Positions 1 through 9,940 are shown, numbered from the stretch's first letter. The stretch is 64,000 nucleotides of DNA from an uncultured delta proteobacterium (GCA_963789265.1 CAWBKB010000001.1:1984001-2048000), one strand, 5' to 3'. Made by a program: numbers and translations. The notes: generated from the letters alone by a model not told the origin.

Positions 1-2
1 GC

Positions 3-728
3 GGCTTCGGTCCATTGACTGCGGATGTTAAGGTCGACTTGTACGGCTCCTCTGGCGATTACGCAGCCAGCGGCATAGATGGAATGGAGCTGCACATTCA
101 CGGCAATGCTCAGGATCAGTTAGGCCAGATAATGAAGCGAGGGCTGCTGGTAATTCATGGGGACGTCGGCCAGTGCTTCATGTACGGCGCCAAAGGCGGA
201 GCCACCTTTGTCCTGGGAAATGCAGCCGGACGGCCCCTCATAAATGCTGCCGGACATCCTCGTGTGGTGATCAACGGCACCGCTCTGGATTTCCTTGCGG
301 AAAGCTTCATGGCAGGAGATCCGCTCAATGGCGGCGGATTTGTCATCGTAAACGGCCTCACCATGGACGAAGACGGCCGCATTATCTTCTTGGAACGTCC
401 CTACCCCGGCTCGAACCTCTTCTCCCTCGCATCAGGTGGTGCGCTGTACATACGTGACCCGCATCGGACCACGGTTGAGGAGCAGTTGAACGGCGGGCGC
501 TACTCCGAACTTTCCGAAGCGGACTGGGACCTGATCCATCCATATCTTGTCGAGAATGAAAAGCATTTCGGCATCAGAGTGGACCAGCTCCTCACTGTGG
601 ACGGCGTACGGCGGACTCCTCAGGAGGTCTATCGCAAGGTGGAAGCGGTTCCTCTGGCAGTGTTGACACAAATCCCCGATACTGACGATTCGGTCTGGGA
701 CGCGAAAGCGGCACGAGCTGCGGTTTAG
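3..728 (+). CDS. Glutamate synthase-related protein, GXGXG beta-helix C-terminal part (5' truncated by window edge)
   Basis: Repeated GxGxG-type motifs (YGSSGDY, HGNAQDQLG, HGDVGQCFMYGAKGG, LGNAAGR, GTALDFLAESFMAG). The frame is open back to the window start. Confidence 0.8.
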   Translation, partial: GFGPLTADVKVDLYGSSGDYAASGIDGMELHIHGNAQDQLGQIMKRGLLVIHGDVGQCFMYGAKGGATFVLGNAAGRPLINAAGHPRVVINGTALDFLAESFMAGDPLNGGGFVIVNGLTMDEDGRIIFLERPYPGSNLFSLASGGALYIRDPHRTTVEEQLNGGRYSELSEADWDLIHPYLVENEKHFGIRVDQLLTVDGVRRTPQEVYRKVEAVPLAVLTQIPDTDDSVWDAKAARAAV

Positions 729-840
729 AGCAATTTCCAAGCAATGATGTCCCCGCGGTTCGCTGCCTAGTATTTTAAGGTGTCAGCACGACGTTCTTGC
801 AGATAGCTGAATAACGTCACCCTCTCGTAAGCGAGAACCT

Positions 841-887
841 GTAGGGGCGAATGGCATTCGCCCAGGGCGACCGCCGGGCGCCCCTAC
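841..887. repeat. GTAG-type REP-like palindrome
   Basis: GTAGGGGCGAATGGCATTCGCCC...GCGCCCCTAC; near copy at 3784-3833. Confidence 0.8.
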
Positions 888-990
888 CATGCTGGATCGA
901 AGTCCGAGGTGACGGTTCCATTCTCCAAACCGGATAAGAATTCTTGCGTCTTTTGCTATAAAGGAGATATCGGGGTCAATCGCATAAGGA

Positions 991-1779
991 ATGTGCCCCT
1001 CTTCAGCCCTCAATTACATGCCCGAAAATACCGAGCATAGAAAACGGCAGGATTCATTGATTTCAGCAGAAGAAAACCGCGCGATGTTCGACAGGATCGC
1101 GGGCTACTACGACGGGACCAATAAGATCCTTTCCCTGGGATTGGACGGCTTCTGGCGTCGTCGTGCGGTCCGATCTCTTTCCCCTCACGCCGGCGGGAAA
1201 TACCTCGATGTGGGATGCGGCACAGGCGATGTCTCTATTGAGATCCTCAAGCAAGCGCCCGGAAGCACTGTAGTCGGCATTGACCCTTCTGACAAAATGG
1301 TTGAAATAGGCCGGGACAAGGTCAATGGCGCCGGCCTTCAGGACGCGATCTCGCTGGGCATCGGCGACGTCCTCGATCTCGATTTCCCCGACAATTGCTT
1401 TGATGGGGCAATAACTTCCTTTTGCATAAGGAATGTGACGGATCGAACGCGGGGCCTCGCGGAGATTTGCAGAGTTGTCCATCCGGGCGGCCTGCTGGTC
1501 ATCCTGGAGCTTACCGAGCCTTCCGGTCCTGTGATGAAGCCTCTATTTAGAATCTACGCCAACGTGATCATGCCCATTGTTACAAAGGTAATGTCTTCGG
1601 TCTCCGCGTATCGGTATCTGTCGGATTCGATGGCTCATTTCCCCCGAGCTGAAACATTTCTCAACCTCATGGCCGAGACCGGTTTTGTCGGTACCCGGCA
1701 CACGCAAATGACCGGCGGAATTGTGACTCTATTTGTGGGACAAGTACCTTCTGATACCGATTCGCATCCGAGTAAGTGA
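991..1779 (+). CDS. ubiE: UbiE/MenG family quinone C-methyltransferase
   Basis: MFDRIAGYYD..N.ILSLGLD..WRR, SAM motif LDVGCGTGD, FCIRNV, AYRYLSDS. The start may be at 1018. Confidence 0.9.
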   Translation: MCPSSALNYMPENTEHRKRQDSLISAEENRAMFDRIAGYYDGTNKILSLGLDGFWRRRAVRSLSPHAGGKYLDVGCGTGDVSIEILKQAPGSTVVGIDPSDKMVEIGRDKVNGAGLQDAISLGIGDVLDLDFPDNCFDGAITSFCIRNVTDRTRGLAEICRVVHPGGLLVILELTEPSGPVMKPLFRIYANVIMPIVTKVMSSVSAYRYLSDSMAHFPRAETFLNLMAETGFVGTRHTQMTGGIVTLFVGQVPSDTDSHPSK

Positions 1780-1821
1780 CACCGTGTTTCCGGTGGGGGC
1801 GGGTTTCAAACCCGCCCTTAC
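1751..1821 (+). repeat. ATACCGATTCGC..AAGTGACACCG terminal motif followed by a GGCGGGTTTCAAACCCGCC REP hairpin
   Basis: Inverted counterpart at 3864-3926; related motif at 7930-7961 (inverted) and 28844-28874. Confidence 0.65.
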
Positions 1822-1884
1822 ACGTCGTCATGCACGCGGACGCGGGCATCCGGTATTGCGTCGGGCATGGCCCGACCTACCTCC

Positions 1885-2054
1885 CATAGGCGCTAACTTA
1901 ACGGCATGCTTTGGACCCGTAAGATCCCCTCACCCTGCCCTCTCCCGCCAGGGGAGAGGGTTTTCAGAATCTCCTCCCTCGATGGGAGGGGCCAGGGGGA
2001 GGGTGACAGCCTATTGGAATTTCTATGCACGGTTACAATAAGTTAACGCCTATG
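1885..2054. mobile_element. MITE-like element with 16-bp terminal inverted repeats (CATAGGCG family)
   Basis: CATAGGCGCTAACTTA (1885-1900) ... TAAGTTAACGCCTATG (2039-2054), 1 mismatch. Internal CCCTCACCC/CCCTCTCCC..GGGAGAGGG hairpins. Confidence 0.7.
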
Positions 2055-2177
2055 AGGCGGAGCCTGGGAACCAGGAAACAAATTGTTCGATACGGAAGTC
2101 GAGATTACAACAAAAGGGCTTGGAAAGTCAACAAGAAGTGCAGGATCTCGGGCCGGGGCCCGCATCGATCCGCGGCA

Positions 2178-2209
2178 TGTAGGGGCGGACACGCGGGGCC
2201 GCCCCTACA
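2178..2209. repeat. GTAG-type REP-like palindrome
   Basis: TGTAGGGGCGGAC...GCCGCCCCTACA. Confidence 0.75.
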
Positions 2210-2469
2210 ATTGATTCCCGCAGTACACACCACCGGGTATTTTCAGGTGAAGCGCGGGAGAACCGCATCATTCGAGTCATACCACGCCTTTGGCGTGGTT
2301 CATTCCGCATCATACGGAATTGTTTCGCGTTCCCGGGCTCTGCCCGGGAATGCCTGCGTTGGAGGCTCTGCCTCGACTATGGTAGTGAAATAAAGGCAGT
2401 TTGCGGGCAGAGCCCGCGAGATATGAGTTCCCAGGCTGAGCCTGGGAACCAGGAGAATGGACGGAAAAT

Positions 2470-2556
2470 TGTCGTTGCGAGGAGCAAAGCGACGAAGCAA
2501 TCTCGGTTCTGGGCGCTCTCCGGCAATGAGATTGCTTCGCTTTGCTCGCAATGACA
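2470..2556. repeat. GTCATTGCGAG..GAAGCAATC REP-like doublet
   Basis: Near-identical inverted copy at 26071-26157; copy with the halves swapped at 44483-44555. Confidence 0.85.
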
Positions 2557-2735
2557 ATCTCTTGCCGCGCGTAAGTGAATGCTTACTGTGCCGGCTTTTC
2601 TACTTGACAGGTACAGTTGCAGGTGGGAGCTTAATGGCAGGACAATGAGCGGTCATGCTGACATGTCTTATGAGATGCTGATATTGCAAATGTTCCTTTC
2701 TGTCCGAAGCCAAAGCCAAGGAACTCAATCGAACA

Positions 2736-3209
2736 ATGAAGCCTACGGTATACATTGAGACCACGGTGATCAGCTATCTCACTGCAAGACCGAGTCGTGA
2801 TTTGATCATCGCGGCCCACCAGCAAATCGCACATGAGTGGTGGAACACCGCACTACCCAATTTCGAGCCCTTCATTTCCCCCATTGTATTGGAAGAGATA
2901 TCAAGAGGAGATACGAATGCGATAGCTTTGAGATTCGAGAGTATCTCCGATCTTACTCTTTTGGAGGTCTTGCCGGAGGTACGCGATCTTGCAGAGTCAT
3001 ACTTTTCCGCAACAGAAATCCCTGAGAAAGCAAGAGCAGATTCGTATCATCTCAGTTTAGCCTCCTGGCATGGCATGGATTTCTTGGTTTCTTGGAATTG
3101 TACCCACATCGTAAGTGGTAGAGTAAAGAAGATTATCGAGCAGATTAACTCCGTGTATGGGATAAGAACTCCGATAATCTGCACTCCGGAAGAACTCATG
3201 GAGGCCTGA
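2736..3209 (+). CDS. PIN-domain (VapC-like) putative toxin/nuclease
   Basis: N-terminal VYIETTVISYL, then EEISRGD, ADSYHL, FLVSWNCTHI, ICTPEEL: the typical PIN acidic-residue layout. Confidence 0.85.
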   Translation: MKPTVYIETTVISYLTARPSRDLIIAAHQQIAHEWWNTALPNFEPFISPIVLEEISRGDTNAIALRFESISDLTLLEVLPEVRDLAESYFSATEIPEKARADSYHLSLASWHGMDFLVSWNCTHIVSGRVKKIIEQINSVYGIRTPIICTPEELMEA

Positions 3210-3210
3210 C

Positions 3211-3399
3211 ATGTCGAGAGATCCTATAATAGACGAAGTCCGGAGGATTCGGCACGAGATCGAAGCGGAGTGCCAGGACGACCCTCACAAGTACTATGAA
3301 CATGTCCGGGGCATTCAAGGGCAATACAAGAATCGACTTGTCCGGCGGAAGCCGCAACCGGCTCTGCCAGAACACCAATTGCCAATCCAGAGCCGGTAG
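3211..3399 (+). CDS. Small partner protein (putative antitoxin) downstream of the PIN gene
   Basis: 62 aa, starts 1 nt after the PIN stop, GGAGG RBS; DPIIDEVRRIRHEI N-terminus is typical of small proteins next to this PIN subfamily. Confidence 0.7.
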   Translation: MSRDPIIDEVRRIRHEIEAECQDDPHKYYEHVRGIQGQYKNRLVRRKPQPALPEHQLPIQSR

Positions 3400-3453
3400 G
3401 ATTTGGCGGAGCTGCGGAACGCGGATTTTGTTTCTCGTTCCCGCGCTCTGCCC

Positions 3454-3630
3454 CATAGGCGCTAACTTAACGATTTATTCCCCCCTTTCGTAAAGGGGGG
3501 CCAGGGGGGATTTTAGGATAACCTATTGAAAATCCCCCTAAATCCCCCTTTAGAAAAGGGGGACTTTGATGGCCCTTAGCCCGTTGGACCTTCTCAGAGG
3601 TAACGAGATGCTCTTAAGATAGCGCCTATG
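3454..3630. mobile_element. MITE-like element, CATAGGCG TIR family, second copy
   Basis: CATAGGCGCTAACTTA (3454-3469) ... TAAGATAGCGCCTATG (3615-3630). Cargo is CCCCCTTT..AAAGGGGG hairpins. Confidence 0.7.
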
Positions 3631-3783
3631 AGGCTGAGACGCGGAACTAGAATACGATAGTAATCGCGGGATAACAAAATGACTTGGTGGCGACGGGCAT
3701 CCTGCCCGTCCGTCAGCGACAGGCTGTCCCGCGTCTCGCGGGACTGACCGCCATTCGTCATCCTGGCCCCTTATTCCGGTATG

Positions 3784-3926
3784 GTAGGGGCGAATGGCAT
3801 TCGCCTTGGGCGACCCCCGCCGGTCGCCCCTACAGTTCCCCGCGTAGTCGGACACGACGACACGTAGGGGCGGGTTTAAAACGCGCCCCTACTCGGTGTC
3901 ACTTGCTTGATAGCGGGCGGTATTAG
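3784..3926. repeat. GTAG REP cluster ending in an inverted ATACCG..AAGTGACACCG motif
   Basis: GTAG REPs at 3784-3833 and 3864-3892; CGGTGTCACTT..CGGTATTAG at 3894-3926. Confidence 0.7.
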
Positions 3927-3987
3927 ATGGACAATCCGCTGAAAAGTTTCGCTCACTTATGACCTTTACATATTTCTGATTCGTGGG

Positions 3988-5613
3988 CTATTTCTTCATG
4001 GATCTGACTATAGGCTTCCCCTTCCTTATCCTGACATCGAGTACCTTGGGTTCACTCGAAACTATGCGAATATTCGGCACAGATCTCTTAGAAGGGTTTA
4101 ATCCCGCAACTACCGGGAGCACAGCAGTATAGATACCTGGTGGAAGAGTGATCTCCTCTCCGGGGTTGACGCTGAACACGCCCCCATGATCGCCACGGAC
4201 TTCAATCTTCTCCACAGTCCGAGTCTTCAGGAGTTTCGCATACCTGGAGATGGCCGAATCCACATCGGCCGGTCTGTCCACCGTCAGTAAAAGGCCGTTG
4301 GTCTTGTCGACAACGTGCGAGTAGCCTGCCTGAGTCTTTTTCCTCATCCCAAGACCGACCACATCGACTCCGATCTTGTCCTTGCCTGTGTATTGCTTAG
4401 CCGCCCTGGCGACCTGCTTGGAAGCACACCTCGTCGTGCCTGCCGTCACAATTACTATCCTTGGCCTCAGGGTCTCGATACCCCCGAAATCCTTCTTCAA
4501 CGAATATGCAGCCGCAGCGCACGGATTGTTACGGCCTCCAAAGTCCGCGCGGTCCAACTTGTCCTTCAGGTGCGAAAAGGGTGAAGTAGTCCAATCGTAA
4601 AGTATATGGCTCAGGCACATCTCTCCCCGCCGCTTCTTACTCCCATTCGGCTGCGTGCACAGAAAGTCTCTTACCGCAATCTTTGATCCCGGGGTCAGGT
4701 GTCCGGCTAACTTCGCCACAAAATTTTCAGCCGACTGCCTCCTTGACGGAGTCCAGGGCTTGACTTTACGAGCCATCACAACCGAGTCGTCCAGGATCAC
4801 CATCAACCCCCATTTGGTGGGTGTTCCGGAATACTTGTGGATCCTAACAAGCAGCGATCCGGGCAACTGAAACTGTTCCGGCTTACCGGCTTCCTGGGAT
4901 GAACGATTTTTGCTCTTCGCAGCCGATTCGGTAACACTCTTTTTCAGCGCTCGTGCTTCCGCTAACTTGGCTGTCTTCTCATGGTGGGGCGACGGTACCG
5001 TGTCCCAACTTGAAAGTCCGGGAACCGAAGGCTTGCCGGGAACGCGTTTAGCCTTTTTCGCAGACTTCCCTCGTTTCTCGGTTGCGGTCGCACCAGGCTC
5101 CCTCGTAACAATTACAGGAGTTTCAACGGTTTTGGGACCGGAGCCTGTATTAGTTTCGGCCTTTGAGGGCGGTGTCACCCTCGCTTTGTTTGATTTAGGC
5201 ACCTCTTGTCCCGGCTTCGGCGCAGGGGGAGGAGGCTGTTCGGAGGGCGCGGTCTTCGGTGCATTTTCTGAACCGGCCGAATGTGATTTTTCAAGCGACG
5301 GTAGTAGAACTTTAGAGGCGTTCACCGGACTCGCGCCCACGCCTTCGAAGAGGTTGGTCGGGGAGAACAGATTGTTCTCCGGAACCCGACTAAATACAGG
5401 CGCAAGTTGCCGGCTCTCAACGGAGGGACTTTTGTGGCGAATCACCGGGACGAGGATACCCAGAACGTACCCCACTACCAACGCGACCGCCAATGCAGCC
5501 GCTACACCTATGGCCTTCAAGGGCAGGTCCTTGGCGCTTTTCTTATTGGAAACCGTAGACGACCCTGCTTTCTGGGCTTTTCTTTGCTTGTCGTCGAGGG
5601 GTTGATCCGCCAT
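3988..5613 (-). CDS. Membrane-anchored protein with Pro/Lys-rich linker and a C-terminal degenerate VWA-like domain
   Basis: ATG at 5613 with an AAGGGGG RBS (the ORF-track start at 5685 lies inside rnpB). TM helix AIGVAAALAVALVVGYVLGILV; LMVILDDS, RIVIVTAG and VDVVGLG strands resemble VWA. Confidence 0.65.
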   Translation of the reverse strand: MADQPLDDKQRKAQKAGSSTVSNKKSAKDLPLKAIGVAAALAVALVVGYVLGILVPVIRHKSPSVESRQLAPVFSRVPENNLFSPTNLFEGVGASPVNASKVLLPSLEKSHSAGSENAPKTAPSEQPPPPAPKPGQEVPKSNKARVTPPSKAETNTGSGPKTVETPVIVTREPGATATEKRGKSAKKAKRVPGKPSVPGLSSWDTVPSPHHEKTAKLAEARALKKSVTESAAKSKNRSSQEAGKPEQFQLPGSLLVRIHKYSGTPTKWGLMVILDDSVVMARKVKPWTPSRRQSAENFVAKLAGHLTPGSKIAVRDFLCTQPNGSKKRRGEMCLSHILYDWTTSPFSHLKDKLDRADFGGRNNPCAAAAYSLKKDFGGIETLRPRIVIVTAGTTRCASKQVARAAKQYTGKDKIGVDVVGLGMRKKTQAGYSHVVDKTNGLLLTVDRPADVDSAISRYAKLLKTRTVEKIEVRGDHGGVFSVNPGEEITLPPGIYTAVLPVVAGLNPSKRSVPNIRIVSSEPKVLDVRIRKGKPIVRSMKK

Positions 5614-5630
5614 GATAGCCCCCTTTTGAG

Positions 5631-5996
5631 GTCCGGGGCGAGCAGTAAGCCGAATCCTGTTCCCGGCAAGCCGGGTGGCGATCATTCATCTAGGACGACG
5701 GTTACCCGCCGCCTCAAGCGACCTACCCGGAAGCATCGGACGGGCCGCCCTCGAGCGCTTCCCTATTCGGTCTTGCTCCGGATGGGGTTTACCTGGCTTC
5801 TCGTGTTACCACGGGAACCGGTGAGCTCTTACCTCACCCTTTCACCCTTACCTCCGGAATCACCGGAGGCGGTCTGCTTTCTGTGGCACTTTCCTTGAGG
5901 TTACCCTCACCGGGCGTTACCCGGCATCCTGCCCTTCGGAGTTCGGACTTTCCTCCCGCGCTTAATCGCGCCGGCGATCGCCTTGCTGCCCCAGAC
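5631..5996 (-). ncRNA. rnpB: RNase P RNA, bacterial type A
   Basis: Reverse strand has GAGGAAAGTCCGAACTC, GGAAAGTGCCACAGAAA, GGTAAACCCC..GGAGCAAG and AACAGGATTCGGCTTA; P1 pairing GTCTGGGG/CCCCGGAC. Confidence 0.97.
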
Positions 5997-6122
5997 ACTG
6001 CGCCTTATATGACATGCGGCGAAAAAAAGCAAGCTATCAACCAACCGAAAATCCTTGAAATACTAACAATTGTATTGTAGGATCTAAGCGGTTTATGAGC
6101 TTCTTGTCAAAGGAAGCAGGTT

Positions 6123-7637
6123 ATGCTCCGATATCAATCTGTTGCAATTTTCCTCCTCTTCGTGATCCTCACTTTTTCCAATGCCTATGGTGCGGTCGGT
6201 TTAGCGGATCAACTGAAGTACTATAATTTCAATTTGTACCCCATTCCTTGCCGAGCCAATAATATGATTCTGCGCGACCTCAAGGGACGTGAAATTAGTC
6301 TGGCAGGGCTCCGAGGAAAAGTGGTTATCCTAAATTTTTGGAAAGTCGATTGTCATCCTTGTTCCATGGAAAAGCCCATTTTGGAGAGAATTTACCGCAA
6401 AAATGCGCCTCGCGGCCTCGAAATCGTGGCAGTGAATCTTGTTGACAGCAGAGATCGAATACTCAACTACGTTCAAAGAGGCGGATACAGCTTCACTTTC
6501 GCGTTTGATCCAACCCAGCGGTTTTCAATCAGACAACAGGCTCTGAGATCCGGGGTGCCGGCCACTTTCGTGGTGAATTCAAATTCCGAGGCTATATACG
6601 AGGTTCCGGGCGTGCCGACCACTTATTTGATCAATCGGCAAGGTGAAGTGGTAGGAAACGCCATCGGGCTTACCAACTGGGAAGAGCAGCCGCTGACGAA
6701 CTTGCTGGAATCGCTGCTGGGTCGGACTCCTGTGATAGCCGCACAGAATTCCGGCTCGTATTCCGGGGCAGCACAGCAGGGGCCGGTTCAGGCACCGCGG
6801 ACAGCGGGCTCGAGCCGAGGGAGAGAGCAAGGACCGCGGGTCTCTCCGGAGGTCCGAGTACAAGCATCTCCGCAGGCAGGCAGCCAGAAAGAGGCAGCGC
6901 TTCCCTTCCAACCTTCGAAAGCCCCCCGGAGGCCGGTGACCAACACGCCGGCCGTGTCTCAGGGCTCGCGCGGCCCAAGCTCCGTTCAAGCCCCTACTCT
7001 GCCGCAAGCATATCAGCCGCCGCAATCGGCTCTACGCACTCATAAGAAGCACGAACCAACGCGTTCCGTCAGAGCTAAGCAAAGGACTCCGAGAGCCTAC
7101 AATCCCTCGGCAAACGTATCCCGGTCATCAATCAAGCCGCCGACAATCGGGGCCGTCGGCTCGCGAAGACCTCTCGCTGTGACAAATCATTCGGCTGCCG
7201 TTGCACCCCGGCCCTTCGGCTCGACCGTTCCTTCTACAGCCCCGGGCTCCAGCCAAATGCCGTATCTGCCTCCCGCAAGACCTTATGATACTTCGAGTCC
7301 ATCACCGCTACGTGCAGGAACGAATGTGGTCCCGGACAAGAACGGCACCGTGACAGCCAGAATTCCCGCCAATGGTCCCTATCCCGGGTTCGATCATTTT
7401 GGCACGACCGGAAGATCAGCCACCCTCCCGCCGGCGCAGCCCCTAAGCCCCAGTAACCCGTTCGGTGGATTTATCCTGGATTCATTCGGAAGAACTGCTC
7501 GGCAAGTTACGCGAAGCGGGCCGCCTCGAGCTGTGGATCAACCCGCCTCGTCAATATTCGGACAAATAGGCAAAGATGTTCAAGACTTGGCGTCGGGGAT
7601 CAAGGACTCGGTAACCAGGATTACGCCCAGACAATGA
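6123..7637 (+). CDS. TlpA/ResA-like exported thioredoxin with a long low-complexity C-terminal tail
   Basis: Signal peptide; LRGKVVILNFWKVDCHPC (CxxC); GVPTTYLINRQG cis-Pro loop; about 300 aa Pro/Ser/Ala/Gln-rich tail. Confidence 0.8.
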   Translation: MLRYQSVAIFLLFVILTFSNAYGAVGLADQLKYYNFNLYPIPCRANNMILRDLKGREISLAGLRGKVVILNFWKVDCHPCSMEKPILERIYRKNAPRGLEIVAVNLVDSRDRILNYVQRGGYSFTFAFDPTQRFSIRQQALRSGVPATFVVNSNSEAIYEVPGVPTTYLINRQGEVVGNAIGLTNWEEQPLTNLLESLLGRTPVIAAQNSGSYSGAAQQGPVQAPRTAGSSRGREQGPRVSPEVRVQASPQAGSQKEAALPFQPSKAPRRPVTNTPAVSQGSRGPSSVQAPTLPQAYQPPQSALRTHKKHEPTRSVRAKQRTPRAYNPSANVSRSSIKPPTIGAVGSRRPLAVTNHSAAVAPRPFGSTVPSTAPGSSQMPYLPPARPYDTSSPSPLRAGTNVVPDKNGTVTARIPANGPYPGFDHFGTTGRSATLPPAQPLSPSNPFGGFILDSFGRTARQVTRSGPPRAVDQPASSIFGQIGKDVQDLASGIKDSVTRITPRQ

Positions 7638-7740
7638 TTTGAAAGCAATCCATTATACGCCTTAGAGCGGTTATCGAATTTCTTGAAGTAATCTCAGACC
7701 AATGGTGGCCAAACGAGTGACAATCCTGGAAAGGATATGG

Positions 7741-7961
7741 TGGGACAGGCATTCTGCCTGTCCCGCGTCCCGCGGGATCACCCCGGACTCCGATCCGGCC
7801 TATGTAGGGGCGGACCTGCGTGTCCGCCCAGGGCAGACACATGGGTCTGCCCCTACAATTGATGCCCGCGTGCGCGGGCATGACGACAGGCAATCCCGCC
7901 TCCTGGGCGGGACTGTCCCACTGAAAACGCGGTGTCACTTGTTTAAAAGTGAATCGGTATC
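7741..7961. repeat. REP-like hairpin cluster
   Basis: GGGACAGGCATTCTGCCTGTCCC, GTAG doublet at 7804-7856, inverted terminal motif at 7930-7961. Confidence 0.7.
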
Positions 7962-7994
7962 GGACCGCTATCCGATGCATCCAAAGGAATTTCT

Positions 7995-9578
7995 GTGCAA
8001 CTGGAAGACATAGACCGAGATTGGGATCTAATCGTGATCGGCGGCGGAATCACCGGCGCGGGGATTCTATGGGAGGCGACGCGACTCGGCCTGAGGACTT
8101 TGCTTGTCGAGCAGAAGGATTTCGCGTGGGGAACATCCAGCCGATCCGCCAAATTGGTTCACGGTGGCCTCCGATACCTCAAGGAAGGGAAATTCTGGTT
8201 AACCTGGGAGTCGGTTAGAGACCGTGAAAGGTTGCTGAAGGAGGCGCCGGGACTCGTCGAGCCTCTTGAGTTCCTCATGCCGCTATATGAAGGAGCAGGG
8301 CCCGGAAGGCTTGCCATGAAGGCCGGTCTAATGGTGTACGACCTGATGGCCGGCACGACGCGACATGGATTCGTGCCGGCCGCGGAAATCGCCTCTTTGA
8401 TTCCTGGTATCAAACGAGAGGGCCTGAGAGGCGGGTTTCGCTTCATGGATGCCCAGGTGGATGACGCGCGGCTCGTACTGCGGATCGTTCGGGAGGCGAT
8501 CCGAGCCGGTGCATCTGCAACGAACTACACGTCCGTGGTGGAATTGAGCCGCGATGCACGCGGCCGCGTTGTCGGAGCGGTTCTGGAAGACACTGAAACA
8601 CGCAGTACAAGGGAAATTCAAGCGCGAGCGGTGATCAATGCTACCGGTGTCTGGGCCGAACGGTTGCACCGCTCCCCCGAACCGGGTAAGCATCTTCGAC
8701 CGTTGCGTGGAAGCCACCTAGTCTTTCCCCGATCTGTATTGCCTGTCGATCAGGCTATTGCCTTGATACATCCGACGGACCGTCGCCCGGTATATGTTCT
8801 GCCGTGGGAAGGAGCGGTCCTGTTCGGCACCACGGACCTGGACCATACAGAGGACCTGTCTGTGGAGCCTTCCATCACCATTGAGGAAGCATCATATCTT
8901 ATGGAATGCCTCAGAGACTTTTTCCCATCCTTGGGAATTTCGCAGGCTGACTGCCTGTCCACTTTTTGTGGGATAAGACCCGTGCTTAGCGCAGGGAAGC
9001 TCGACCCTTCCAAGGAATCGCGAGAGCACGTCGTCTGGGTGGACAACGGATTGGTAACTGTCACAGGAGGCAAACTTACCACTTTTTACCGGCTGGCCGC
9101 GGACGCTCTAGCCGCTGCCAAGCCTTTTCTGTCAGGAGCTGCCGGCAAACCACAGAGTCGTCCTCTCTTCGCTCGGCCCACTGAATTGACCGAGCCCGCG
9201 AAGGCGATTCCCGAACACTTGGCAACTCGCCTCTTCGGACGATATGGGCTGGATGCGCTGGATTTGCTGAGCATGGCCCATCCGGAAGACTTGGAAGCCA
9301 TACCGCATTCCCGAACTTTATGGGCCGAGTTGCCCTTTGCCGCGAAGTTTGAGCAGGTGCGACACCTTTCCGACCTGTTGCTCAGGCGAGTTCGCATCGG
9401 CCTTTTGACCCCGCTAGGTGGAGAGGATTTGATGGGGCGGATCAGGTCTCTTTGCGAACCGTCGCTCCCTTGGGACGCCAACCGATGGGACGACGAGATA
9501 GGGACTTACCTGCGTCACTGGAAGACCGCTTACGGCGTACCGGAAGGAAAAGGCGAGCATAGTGTCGCGTCCCGCTAA
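7995..9578 (+). CDS. glpD: Glycerol-3-phosphate dehydrogenase/oxidase family FAD enzyme
   Basis: IGGGITGAG, GTSSRSAKLVHGGLRYL, DDARL, GTTD, SREH, GGKLTT, DLLLRRVR. Confidence 0.88.
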   Translation: MQLEDIDRDWDLIVIGGGITGAGILWEATRLGLRTLLVEQKDFAWGTSSRSAKLVHGGLRYLKEGKFWLTWESVRDRERLLKEAPGLVEPLEFLMPLYEGAGPGRLAMKAGLMVYDLMAGTTRHGFVPAAEIASLIPGIKREGLRGGFRFMDAQVDDARLVLRIVREAIRAGASATNYTSVVELSRDARGRVVGAVLEDTETRSTREIQARAVINATGVWAERLHRSPEPGKHLRPLRGSHLVFPRSVLPVDQAIALIHPTDRRPVYVLPWEGAVLFGTTDLDHTEDLSVEPSITIEEASYLMECLRDFFPSLGISQADCLSTFCGIRPVLSAGKLDPSKESREHVVWVDNGLVTVTGGKLTTFYRLAADALAAAKPFLSGAAGKPQSRPLFARPTELTEPAKAIPEHLATRLFGRYGLDALDLLSMAHPEDLEAIPHSRTLWAELPFAAKFEQVRHLSDLLLRRVRIGLLTPLGGEDLMGRIRSLCEPSLPWDANRWDDEIGTYLRHWKTAYGVPEGKGEHSVASR

Positions 9579-9940
9579 CAACTTGCGTATCCGATGATGT
9601 GAGCCCTTCGGGGAAGTCTTGACAAAACGGATGAGGCCCGGCATGCCGTGCCTCGCATGAGCATAGGACCATACAGCAAAAAGTGGTTCCCGAAAGAACT
9701 GTCGTCACTCGTGGTGCGGGTCGGCACCTAATTTAGATTGGTGGGACAGTCCCGCGAGGCGCGGGACAGCCTGTTTATTGTGGACGACGGGCAAGATGCC
9801 CGTCCCACTCCAAGATGCCCATCCCCACTGTGCGGGATGTCCGTCCCCACCAAATCATTTTCTTTTTCCGTGATTACTTTTGAGACTCCCTATAAGATCA
9901 CAATTTCAGTACGCATTACTAAGGATGAAAGGCCAAAGCC

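Noticed and set aside
1733..2648. Short ORFs in repeat-rich intergenic DNA (also 3550-3926, 7621-8013, 25971-26317, 39338-39830, 44237-44553)
   Set aside because: They are translations of GC-rich palindromic repeats; the recurring 'SLRAKRSNL' peptides come from the repeat itself.
1751..3926. CRISPR array or integron cassette array
   Set aside because: There are no regularly spaced identical direct repeats, cas genes or integrase; the inverted ends extend beyond and do not fit attC RYYYAAC/GTTRRRY cores.
5614..5685. N-terminal extension of the 565-aa ORF, and ORFs 5407-5898 and 5883-6080
   Set aside because: They overlap the RNase P RNA; ATG 5613 has a good RBS.
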